Source: an uncultured delta proteobacterium
Lineage (GTDB): Bacteria; Myxococcota_A; Polyangia; Polyangiales; Polyangiaceae
Length of the DNA stretch: 64,000 bases
Assembly (NCBI GenBank): GCA_963782055.1
Contig: CAWAIF010000003.1
Coordinates: 5,792,001-5,856,000, forward strand
Reading direction: 5' to 3'
Shown here: one piece after another, positions 53,002-62,867 of the stretch
Position numbering within the stretch: the stretch's first letter is position 1
Layout: each line of letters opens with the position of its first letter
Notes under the pieces: model-generated
The model's database searches: none
The model's input: only the letters and a program-made list of their open reading frames with translations
Told to the model about the DNA's origin: nothing
Program-made: the position numbers and the translations under genes

Positions 53002-54366
53002 TCAGGGCGCTTCGCACGCGAGCGAGAGCGCCATGTGCCGGCGACCGTCGAACGTGGAGACGGGCGGGTCGACGTCCCGCGCCACGAGCGTGCATTGGCC
53101 GGTGGCGAGCGCGGCGCTCACGTCGGACGGTGGCGGCGCCGGGGCTCGCGCGGCAGCGGCCGGCGCGATGGCGGGCGGCGGCGCGGGGGCCCGTCGTGCC
53201 GACACGACGCGCAGCAGGACCATGGAGCCCACCGCGCCGAGGGTGAACGCCGCGACCGCCACGACCCAGCGCCACGAGCGGCGCCAGCGCGACGACGGCC
53301 GGGCGGCGCGCGACGGCGTGGCGGGGACCGGCGTCCGCGCCGGCGCGCTCCGCGGCGGCGGCGGCACGCTCTGGAGCCTGGCGTGCTCCTGCGCCACACG
53401 GCGCGCCGCGTCCCGCAGCAGCGAGAGGTCGGCGAGCAGCTCGTCGGCGGTCTCGTAGCGGTCCTCCGGCTTGCGCGTGAGCAGGCGGGCGACGAGCGCC
53501 TCGAAGCCGCGGGCGACGCGGTCCCCGCGCCCGGTCTCCAGCGGCGGCGGGTCGGTGGTCAGCTTCCGGCGCATCAGGTCCGCGCCGTGCTCCGAATGGA
53601 AGACCTTCTGACCCGCCACGGCCCGGAAGAGGATCGCGCCGAGCGCGTAGAGGTCGGCGGCCGGCGTCACGTCGCGCGACGAGAGGATCTGCTCCGGGGC
53701 CATGTACTCGGCCGTGCCCAGCGCGCGGTGCGCGGCGGTGATCTCGGTGAGCATCTCGTCCTCCGGGCGCTCGCAGCCCTCCGCCACCATGCGGCTCACG
53801 CCCAGGTCGATGAACACCGCGCGGTGTGAGCCGTCGCGCAGGGGCCGCAGGATGATGTTGGCGGGCTTCACGTCGCGGTGCACGACGCTCGCCGCGTGCA
53901 GCTCGCGCAGCGCGCTGGCGATGTCCATGCCCAGCTCGATCGCCTCCTCTACCGCGAAGCGCTTCGAGGTGAGGACGGCGGCGAGCGAGGGCCCCTCGAC
54001 GAGCTCCATCACGATCACCGGCCCGTGCCGGCCGTCGACGAAGTCGAGCACCCGCGCGACCTGCTCGCTGTGGATCTGCGCGAGCAGGAAGGCCTCGCGC
54101 TGGAATCGCGCGACGACCTCCGGGATGCCGAAGGCCTCCGGCCGCAGGACCTTCATGGCGACGCGCAGCCTGAGCAGGACGTGCTCGCCCGCCCACACCT
54201 CGCCCATCCCGCCCGTCGCGATCTTGTGGTGCACGCAGAAGGTGCGGCCGACCATCGTTCCGGGTGTCAGGCGCTGCGGCGCGCGGCTCCCCCGGTGCTC
54301 CGAGAGGTCGCGCAGGTGCGCGGTGGTCCCCCGCGGCGGACGTCCGATGGATGTGGATGTGGCCAT
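53002..54366 (-). CDS. Membrane Ser/Thr protein kinase
   Basis: GGMG.V, VAMK, HRDVKPAN, DLG, GTAEYMAPEQ; TM near C-terminus. Confidence 0.92.
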   Translation of the reverse strand: MATSTSIGRPPRGTTAHLRDLSEHRGSRAPQRLTPGTMVGRTFCVHHKIATGGMGEVWAGEHVLLRLRVAMKVLRPEAFGIPEVVARFQREAFLLAQIHSEQVARVLDFVDGRHGPVIVMELVEGPSLAAVLTSKRFAVEEAIELGMDIASALRELHAASVVHRDVKPANIILRPLRDGSHRAVFIDLGVSRMVAEGCERPEDEMLTEITAAHRALGTAEYMAPEQILSSRDVTPAADLYALGAILFRAVAGQKVFHSEHGADLMRRKLTTDPPPLETGRGDRVARGFEALVARLLTRKPEDRYETADELLADLSLLRDAARRVAQEHARLQSVPPPPRSAPARTPVPATPSRAARPSSRWRRSWRWVVAVAAFTLGAVGSMVLLRVVSARRAPAPPPAIAPAAAARAPAPPPSDVSAALATGQCTLVARDVDPPVSTFDGRRHMALSLACEAP

Positions 54367-54473
54367 GCGTCGCTCCCTTCTCCGATGAGGGGGGCGATGC
54401 AAGGCAGAGGCCGACTCGCGCGCGGAAGGTGCGCGACGTCCCGTCGCCCGCCCCAGCGCCCTCCCCATAGAAA

Positions 54474-54493
54474 AAAAACACTCGTTTGTTTTT
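54474..54493. promoter_or_regulatory. AT-rich palindrome, probable TetR operator
   Basis: AAAAACA-ctcgtt-TGTTTTT between divergent kinase and TetR genes. Confidence 0.6.
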
Positions 54494-54532
54494 ATTGTTG
54501 ACCGCCCGGAGCGCGCGGCGCATCGTCCGGCC

Positions 54533-55165
54533 GTGGTCACCCGAACCCGAAGCACGCGTCCCGACGCCAGTCGCATCCTCGACTCCGGGTCGCGCGAGTT
54601 CGTTCGCCGCGGCTACGCCCACACCTCTCTGCGCCAGCTCATGGCGGCGGCGCGCGTCTCGACCACCGCCTTCTACGCCCGCTTCTCCTCCAAGGAGGCG
54701 GTCCTGCGCGCGCTGGTCCAGCGGCTGCTCGAGCAGCTCGACGCGCGGACCCGCCACGATCTCGCGCTCGCGCGCGGCATCGACGACGGCTTCCGGCGTG
54801 GCGTCGACGCGCTCGTCGCCGTGCTCGGGCCCCAGCGCGATCTGGTGCGGATCGTGCTGACCGAGGCCGCGGCGAGCGCCGAGGTCACCGAGCTCCTCGG
54901 CGCGCGCTACGCCTCCCTCGCGGCGCTGCTCTCCGCGCACATCGGGGCGATGGAGGAGGCGGGCGGCGCCGCGGAGGTCGACGCCGACGCGCTGGCGTGG
55001 AGCCTGGTCGGCGCGCTGCACATGCAGGTCCTGCGGTGGGCCGTCTACCGGCAGCTCGACACGGCGGCGCTGGTGCCGGCCCTCCACGCCGTCGCGGCGA
55101 CGCACCTGCCCGCGCTGCGGCCACAACCCGGGCGCCGTCCGAAGGGACGTCGCGGCACGAACTAG
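54533..55165 (+). CDS. TetR/AcrR family regulator
   Basis: RILD...F...GY..TSLRQL...A.VS...FY.RF.SKE. Confidence 0.93.
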   Translation: MVTRTRSTRPDASRILDSGSREFVRRGYAHTSLRQLMAAARVSTTAFYARFSSKEAVLRALVQRLLEQLDARTRHDLALARGIDDGFRRGVDALVAVLGPQRDLVRIVLTEAAASAEVTELLGARYASLAALLSAHIGAMEEAGGAAEVDADALAWSLVGALHMQVLRWAVYRQLDTAALVPALHAVAATHLPALRPQPGRRPKGRRGTN

Positions 55166-55179
55166 AGAGGTACGAGGCC

Positions 55180-56172
55180 ATGCTCACCCGATCCGCGACC
55201 CACGTTCCCGTCCTCGCGATGCAGTGCCTGGTGCTGAGCGCCATGCTCGGTCTGCCCGCCTGCGGGGCGAGCCCGACGGACCCCGGCGACGAGGACGCCG
55301 GCCCCACCGCCGACGCGGCGTACGCCGACGCGGGCCCCGACGAGGCGGGCGAGCAGGACGCCGCCCCGACGAGCGACGCGGCGCCCGACGCGGCCGACGC
55401 GGCCCCCGACGCCGGTCCCCCGCCCGGCATGCTCGACACGAAGGTGGTCGCGCACATCGTGGAGCCGGAGGGCGGCGGCAAGGACGACGCCGGGCACTCC
55501 TACACCGACAAGAACTACTGGAACTTCTGCACGCCGGGGGCCGCCGCCGTCGCGCTCTACTACTTCCGGCCCGGCGACGTGAGCGGCTGGCCCGCCGGCA
55601 ACTTCAAGGAGCCGTCCAACGCGCCCTCCACCATCCCGAGCGCCGGGACGCACTGGGCGTCGAGCGACAAGGTCAACGGCTACCAGACCTACGGGCGCGC
55701 CTACGTGATGCACCTCGCCGAGCAGGTGAAGCCCCCGTCCTACGTGAGCGCGGGGATGGCGAACTTCTCGACGTACCCCACCACCGGCGCCAGCCTCGTG
55801 GACGCGCGCGACGCGATGAACTGGGAGGCGTCCGGCCACGCGAAGGGCTGGTCGACCTTCTTTTACTCCATCGTCAGCTACAAGGGCCTCACGGAGGCGA
55901 AGCTCCACTCCGACGTCAAGAAGACGATCGACGGCGGCCACGCGGTGGTGGTCGCGGCCGACACGGGCTACCTCCCCAACTGGTCGCGCAGCCTCAGCCA
56001 CGCCATCACCGTCGTGGGCTACGACGACAAGGCGACGACGTACAAGTACACCGACACCTGCGGCATTCACTGCAACGGGTCGTCGAAGGCCAAGAACGGC
56101 GGCGTGTGGAGCATCGCGCAGGCCAAGCTGTACAAGGCCATCGAGGCGGACGGCGCCGGCTACATCAAGTGA
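55180..56172 (+). CDS. Lipoprotein with C39-like (papain-fold) peptidase domain
   Basis: LPAC lipobox, DAG linker; NFCTPGA...HAITVVGYD...YTDT (Cys-His-Asp). Confidence 0.75.
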   Translation: MLTRSATHVPVLAMQCLVLSAMLGLPACGASPTDPGDEDAGPTADAAYADAGPDEAGEQDAAPTSDAAPDAADAAPDAGPPPGMLDTKVVAHIVEPEGGGKDDAGHSYTDKNYWNFCTPGAAAVALYYFRPGDVSGWPAGNFKEPSNAPSTIPSAGTHWASSDKVNGYQTYGRAYVMHLAEQVKPPSYVSAGMANFSTYPTTGASLVDARDAMNWEASGHAKGWSTFFYSIVSYKGLTEAKLHSDVKKTIDGGHAVVVAADTGYLPNWSRSLSHAITVVGYDDKATTYKYTDTCGIHCNGSSKAKNGGVWSIAQAKLYKAIEADGAGYIK

Positions 56173-57755
56173 GCCGTCTGCGCCGGAGTGGCGACTGGCC
56201 GGCGCTCGCCGCGCGGGCGGCGTAGCGCCGGGTCGGAGGGTCGCCAGTCCTCGAGCCGCACCGCCGGGTGGACCGGCACCCGGTAGCGTCGCGTCTTCAC
56301 GCGGTCGAAGCTCGTCGCCCCCTGGCTCACGGTCGGGATGTGGGAGAAGGAGATCGCCGCGTGGAACATGCGGTAGTGGAAGAAGTTCTTCTGCACCATC
56401 AGGTCCGCGCGCCGCGGCTCGACGCCCAGCTGGCGCCAGAACTTGGGGTGAATCGGCAGCGGCGGCCGCTCCGAGACGGCGACGTGGAGCGAGCCGACCG
56501 AGAGCCGCACGACGCGCCCGAAGTCGCCGTCGCTGCGCGCCGCGACGGTCGCCTCCAGCGGCACCTCCGGCTGCCCGTAGCCGGGCGTGCCGCGCAGGAT
56601 CACCTTCACGGTGGTGCCGAGCGGCGCCTCCCACGTGGCGTCCACCGCCGCGGGATCGTGCACCGGCACCAGCGCGGTGAGGCCGCGGGAGTCGCGCGCG
56701 AGCTCCGCCACGAAGTGCGTGTTGCCGCCCGGCGCGCCGGCGCCGACGATGTCGTCCACGTCCACCAGGCTGACGGGACCGAGGCGCCGCCAGGGGCTGC
56801 GCGCCACCTCGTCGACCGCAGCGGCGACGCTGCGCAGCTCCGGCAGGGCGACCTCACGCTCCGCCCACGCGGCGTCGGCGAGCTCGTCGGCGAGCCTGTC
56901 GGCCAGCGCGGGGTCGCCGTCGGTGGAGACGTGGACGGCCCAGCCCATGTCCTCCGCCGACGTGTAGGGGTGCACCATGAAGAGGCTGACCGAGACGACG
57001 CGGGGGTCGCGCTCCATCCTGCGCATCCGCCGGAAGACCTTCCGCATGGGCGCGAGGAAGTCGATCGTCACGCCGCCGCCGAGCACCACCGGCAGCTTGC
57101 GCCAGGCGTGCACCGGGTGGATCTGCCCGCGCAGCGCGCGGACGAGCCGCGAGCCGGCGCGGAAGCCCGTCGGCGCGAGGTCCCAGTGCGGGTTGGTGCG
57201 GTAGGCGACGAGCACCTCGACCGGCGCGACCATCTCCTCCGAGAGGTTGCCGTGCAGGTCATAGCTCACCGCGATCTTCGCCTCCGGCCCGAGCGCCTCG
57301 CGGGCCCGCCGCAGGATGAGCGCCTCCGGGTGCTCGTCCAGATCCCGCACCTCCATCGACCCGTGCAGCGCCAGGTACAGGCCGTCGAGCGGGCCGGCGG
57401 CGCGGATCCGCTCCACCATGTCGCCGAGGATCCACTCGAAGCACTCGCGCGTGAGCGGCCCGCCGGGCACCGCGAGACGCGAGGCCAGCGGCACGGTGGT
57501 GACGCCGCCGGCGACGCGGGCGGCCTGCACGAAGCCGGACAGCTCGGCGTGCGCCATGTACCCGGCGAGCTCCTTGCCGCCGAGCGACGCGGCCTCCCCG
57601 AGCGCGTCGCCCTCCAGGGAGTGCATGCGATCGAAGTCCTCGCGCGTGGTCGAGAGCGGCGAGTACGCGTTCGCCTCGTGGAAGATGCGCCCGTAGCCGA
57701 TGCGCAGCGGGCGCCCGCCGCGCCCGAGCGTGCGAAGGAAGCCGCGCGCGCTCAC
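56160..57755 (-). CDS. M81 family metallopeptidase/amidohydrolase (MlrC-like)
   Basis: HEAN.YSP, LALHGSM, DLHGN, YRTNPH.D, D..D..GAG..G, K...HYR; GTGA overlap with upstream gene. Confidence 0.88.
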   Translation of the reverse strand: MSARGFLRTLGRGGRPLRIGYGRIFHEANAYSPLSTTREDFDRMHSLEGDALGEAASLGGKELAGYMAHAELSGFVQAARVAGGVTTVPLASRLAVPGGPLTRECFEWILGDMVERIRAAGPLDGLYLALHGSMEVRDLDEHPEALILRRAREALGPEAKIAVSYDLHGNLSEEMVAPVEVLVAYRTNPHWDLAPTGFRAGSRLVRALRGQIHPVHAWRKLPVVLGGGVTIDFLAPMRKVFRRMRRMERDPRVVSVSLFMVHPYTSAEDMGWAVHVSTDGDPALADRLADELADAAWAEREVALPELRSVAAAVDEVARSPWRRLGPVSLVDVDDIVGAGAPGGNTHFVAELARDSRGLTALVPVHDPAAVDATWEAPLGTTVKVILRGTPGYGQPEVPLEATVAARSDGDFGRVVRLSVGSLHVAVSERPPLPIHPKFWRQLGVEPRRADLMVQKNFFHYRMFHAAISFSHIPTVSQGATSFDRVKTRRYRVPVHPAVRLEDWRPSDPALRRPRGERRPVATPAQTAHLM

Positions 57756-59191
57756 GAGAACAGCTCCCCCATGAAGAGGATCACCAGGCGCTCGCGCACC
57801 GCCGGGGAGGCGGCGTTGAGGAGGCGGTGGATGGTGGCCGCGTGCGCGGGGAGCTGCCCGTCGGTGATCCCGAGCTGCGCGACGATGGCGCCGGCGTCGA
57901 TGCCGGCCGTGTCGTCGGCGGCGCCGAGCATGGCCAGCATCGCGACCACCTCCGCCGGCGGCGCGACGGTGGGAGGCAGGTCGGCGGTGCACTCGCGCAG
58001 GTCCCTGGCCAGGTCCGCGGCGCGCGCGGCGTTGGTCGGGTCGATGGTCAGGTGGATGTGCGCGGGGGAGGGCCCGAACGCGTAGGTCGGCTGCACGTGC
58101 CAGCCGCGTTCGGTGAGGCGGTCGGCCAGCTCGAAGACGTCCCCTCCCTCGGTGGTGAAGGCGAAGAGGTTCATGTCGGGGCGGCCGACCATCCGGATCC
58201 CCGGCGTCGCGTCCACGGCGGCGATGAGCACCTTGGTGGCGTCCCACATGCGCCTGGCGCGCTCGCGGTAGCCCTGCTTGCCGAGGTAGCCCATGAGCGC
58301 GAACGCGGCGCCCGTCGCGGCGGCGGACTTGGAGCCGAGCGTGGTGGAGTTGACGACGGTGTAGCCCGTCCACTTGCCGCACGCGTAGTACTGCGCGTCG
58401 CGCAGCGCGCGGGTGCGCTGCAACAGGAGCGACACCCCCTTCGGCGCGAAGCCGTACTTGTGGAGGTCGAGCGAGATGCTCGTGACGCCGTCGACGCGGA
58501 AGTCGAAGTCGGGCAGCTTCTCGCCCGCCTGCCGGAGGAATGGCAGCACGCAGCCACCGACGCAGGCGTCCACGTGCATCAGCGCGCCGTGCGCGCTCGC
58601 CAGCGCGGCGAGCTCGGCGATGGGGTCGATGACGCCCTGCGCGTAGCTCGGGGCGGAGCCCACCACCAGGATGACGTCGCCGTCCATCTTCGCCTTCGCG
58701 TCGTCGACGCGCGCGCGGAACGTCTCCGGGTCCACCTCGACGGGCACCACCTCCACGCCCAGGTAGTGCGCGGCCTTGTGGAAGCAGGCGTGCGCCGTCA
58801 CCGGCAGCAGCATCTTCGGCCGGGTGATCGCGGGGCGCGTCTTGCGCGCGTAGTCGCGCGCCGTCTTCACGGCGAGCATCACGCTCTCGGTGCCGCCGGC
58901 GGTGGCGGTGCCGACGCTGCCCTCCGGGCCGTTGAGCAGCTCCAGCCAGGCGCCGACGACCGCGTTCTCGATGGCGCGCGCGGAGGGATAGACCGTCGGG
59001 TCGAGCCCGTTGATCCCCATGCAGGAGGTGAACGCCTCGCGCGCGACGGCCTTGGCGTCCTCGCCGGGGTCGTAGACGAAGGCGAAGGCGCGGCCGTCGC
59101 TCTTCAGGTCGCGGGTGCGGGTGTCGGCGAGCGCGCCGAGGACGTCTTCGCGGCTGCGGCCGACTTCGGGGAAGGTGGTGGCGGATTTCAT
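57752..59191 (-). CDS. PLP-dependent enzyme, sphingosine-1-phosphate lyase-like
   Basis: NGLDPTVYPS...E, TAGGTES..LA.K.ARD, GSAPSY..GVIDPI, HVDACVGG, SISLDLHKYGFAPKG. Confidence 0.85.
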   Translation of the reverse strand: MKSATTFPEVGRSREDVLGALADTRTRDLKSDGRAFAFVYDPGEDAKAVAREAFTSCMGINGLDPTVYPSARAIENAVVGAWLELLNGPEGSVGTATAGGTESVMLAVKTARDYARKTRPAITRPKMLLPVTAHACFHKAAHYLGVEVVPVEVDPETFRARVDDAKAKMDGDVILVVGSAPSYAQGVIDPIAELAALASAHGALMHVDACVGGCVLPFLRQAGEKLPDFDFRVDGVTSISLDLHKYGFAPKGVSLLLQRTRALRDAQYYACGKWTGYTVVNSTTLGSKSAAATGAAFALMGYLGKQGYRERARRMWDATKVLIAAVDATPGIRMVGRPDMNLFAFTTEGGDVFELADRLTERGWHVQPTYAFGPSPAHIHLTIDPTNAARAADLARDLRECTADLPPTVAPPAEVVAMLAMLGAADDTAGIDAGAIVAQLGITDGQLPAHAATIHRLLNAASPAVRERLVILFMGELFS

Positions 59192-59787
59192 GAGGCCTCG
59201 GGGTTTCTTTTCAGGGGAAGGAGGACGTGGGTCCACAGGAAGTCGTGTACGGGGGCGAGGTCGGCGCCGGTCATCAGGCGCTGCACCATCAGGCCGTCGG
59301 TGACCGCGCGCACCAGGTTGACCAGCGCGTCGGCGTCGCACGGCGCGACGACGCCCTGGCGGATGCCCTCGCGGATGCGGTCCGCCGCCGCGCGCCGGTG
59401 CGCCTCGAAGACGCGGTTGCCGATCTCGATGAGCTCGGTCACCCGCCCGCCGCTGGCGGCGATGGCCTGGCTGAGGAGGGTGATGCGCGCCTCCCGCCCG
59501 TGGTGGAAGGCGTGCACCGCGCGCACCTGCGCGATGAGGCGGTCGATCGGGTGCTCGTGCTCCTCCACCCGGGCGAGCACGTACGCCGCCTGCTCCACGA
59601 GCAGCGCCTGCAGCGCGGTCTCCACGATGTGGGCGCGCGTCGGGAAGTGATAGAGGAGCGTCGGCCGCTTGATCCCCAGCTCGTCGGCGATGCGGCTCAT
59701 CGGCACGTCGAAGCCGTCGCGGGCGAAGACGTCCACCGCCCGGCGGGCGAGGTCGAGGCGTTTCTCGGGTTCGGGGGGGCGCGCCAT
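59188..59787 (-). CDS. TetR family regulator
   Basis: F..DG...M.RIA.ELG..RPTLLYHFPTR; ATGA overlap with the lyase gene. Confidence 0.92.
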   Translation of the reverse strand: MARPPEPEKRLDLARRAVDVFARDGFDVPMSRIADELGIKRPTLLYHFPTRAHIVETALQALLVEQAAYVLARVEEHEHPIDRLIAQVRAVHAFHHGREARITLLSQAIAASGGRVTELIEIGNRVFEAHRRAAADRIREGIRQGVVAPCDADALVNLVRAVTDGLMVQRLMTGADLAPVHDFLWTHVLLPLKRNPEAS

Positions 59788-59790
59788 TGT

Positions 59791-59830
59791 TTGACAGACC
59801 GTCAGATATCATTTCCTGACGATGTGTCAA
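59791..59830. promoter_or_regulatory. Double operator / promoter of the TetR-SPL-MlrC operon
   Basis: TTGACA-gac-CGTCAG-N10-CTGACG-atg-TGTCAA: two TGAC-N5-GTCA boxes forming a 40-bp inverted repeat, with TTGACA on the minus strand. Confidence 0.8.
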
Positions 59831-61056
59831 TACACAGTAAACCTTTCCTTGGTGGAATCCTCTCTGGGTCCGGTGCGCACGCGGCCGGCGGGCGGGGCCG
59901 GGAGCAGCTTCCCCGCACGGACCCGGGTGGCGGTGAGGCGCTCGTCCCACAGGGCCGCCCAGCGCCCGTCGGGGATCCGGCCGTGCGCCCGCAGCGTCGC
60001 GGGGTCCGCCCGCCCGACCAGCGGGGCCGTCCGCTCGCTCGCGGCGGTGGGGCGCGGGTAGCGATCCAGCGCGGCGAGCCCTGCCGCGATCGGATCGCGC
60101 ACGCGGGGTCCGTGCGCGTCGACGAGCCACTCCAGCAGCGCCCAGGAGAAGTCGGCGTGCGATCGCTCTTCGCGGGCGATCTGTTCGAGGACGGCGCGCG
60201 TGACTGGCTCGCGACACCCGGCCGCGCACTCCGCCGCCACGTCGGCGTTGAAGTCCTCGAGCTGGCACCCGTCGGAGAGGCTCTCCGTCGCCAGGGTGGC
60301 CAGCGGATCTGCCCCCGCCTCGAGGGCGCCGAGGAGCAGGTCGGGCATCGGCTCCACCGTGTGCGACCGCCCGCCGTAGCCCGCGGCCAGCGCGAAGCAA
60401 CGCCGTGTGTGGTCGATCTCCTCCATGGCCGCGCGGTGCGCCCACTCGGCGAGGCTCGCGGGCGCGCCGACCGCCGCCAGCAGCCAGGAGATGCGGGCGA
60501 ACGCCGGCACCGAGGCGTGCTCCTTCTGGGCGTCGTGCAGCCAGAGCGCCTCCAGCGCCCGCCGCGTGCCCGCGTCGAGCCCGGCGCCGTCGGGGCGCGC
60601 GCCGCGCGTCCAGTCGGCGCCCTCGCGGAGCTCGGGGTGCAGCTGCCGCCCGCGCACCCGGAGCGGGCGTCCCCAGGCGCCGCCGAGCATGATCCCGGAC
60701 TTCGCGACCTCGACGAAGATACCGAGAACCCACCCCACCGGCCCGCCGAGGGAGAGCAGGAAGCCGGCGACGGACCCGGCGAGGGCGAGCAGGCTCATCG
60801 GGGCGCCGGGTGGCCGGCGGCGGATGGCCACGACGAAGAGGATGCCGGCCACCAGCCCGGCCACCATCTGCACCACGGCGAACAGGGTGAAGAGGAGCGC
60901 CCACAGCCCCGCGGCGTCGGTCTTCCCGTCCATCGCCCCGGACAGGACGATGGCCAGGTTGACGCCCACGATGATCACGGCGACCAGAAAGAGGCCGGCG
61001 GCGAAGCCCGTCGCGCGGGAGGGCATGGCGGGGTGGGCGTACGGGTCGGGGGTCAT
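59827..61056 (-). CDS. Membrane-anchored ferritin-like (diiron) domain protein
   Basis: 3 TMs, GRPLRV, then EHASVPAF...EEIDH...E...E...EERSH. Confidence 0.8.
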   Translation of the reverse strand: MTPDPYAHPAMPSRATGFAAGLFLVAVIIVGVNLAIVLSGAMDGKTDAAGLWALLFTLFAVVQMVAGLVAGILFVVAIRRRPPGAPMSLLALAGSVAGFLLSLGGPVGWVLGIFVEVAKSGIMLGGAWGRPLRVRGRQLHPELREGADWTRGARPDGAGLDAGTRRALEALWLHDAQKEHASVPAFARISWLLAAVGAPASLAEWAHRAAMEEIDHTRRCFALAAGYGGRSHTVEPMPDLLLGALEAGADPLATLATESLSDGCQLEDFNADVAAECAAGCREPVTRAVLEQIAREERSHADFSWALLEWLVDAHGPRVRDPIAAGLAALDRYPRPTAASERTAPLVGRADPATLRAHGRIPDGRWAALWDERLTATRVRAGKLLPAPPAGRVRTGPREDSTKERFTVY

Positions 61057-61144
61057 CGCGCCAGCATACCGCCCGAACGCCGGCCGGCCGACGGACGGGC
61101 GCCCACCTTTACGGCCCCCTTCAACCCCGCTAAAGCTGCCCATC

Positions 61145-62860
<1,716 letters not shown>

Positions 62861-62867
62861 GGACGCC

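Noticed and set aside
56160..57755. Microcystin degradation cluster
   Set aside because: Only an MlrC-family member; no mlrA/mlrB/mlrD, and the family is widespread
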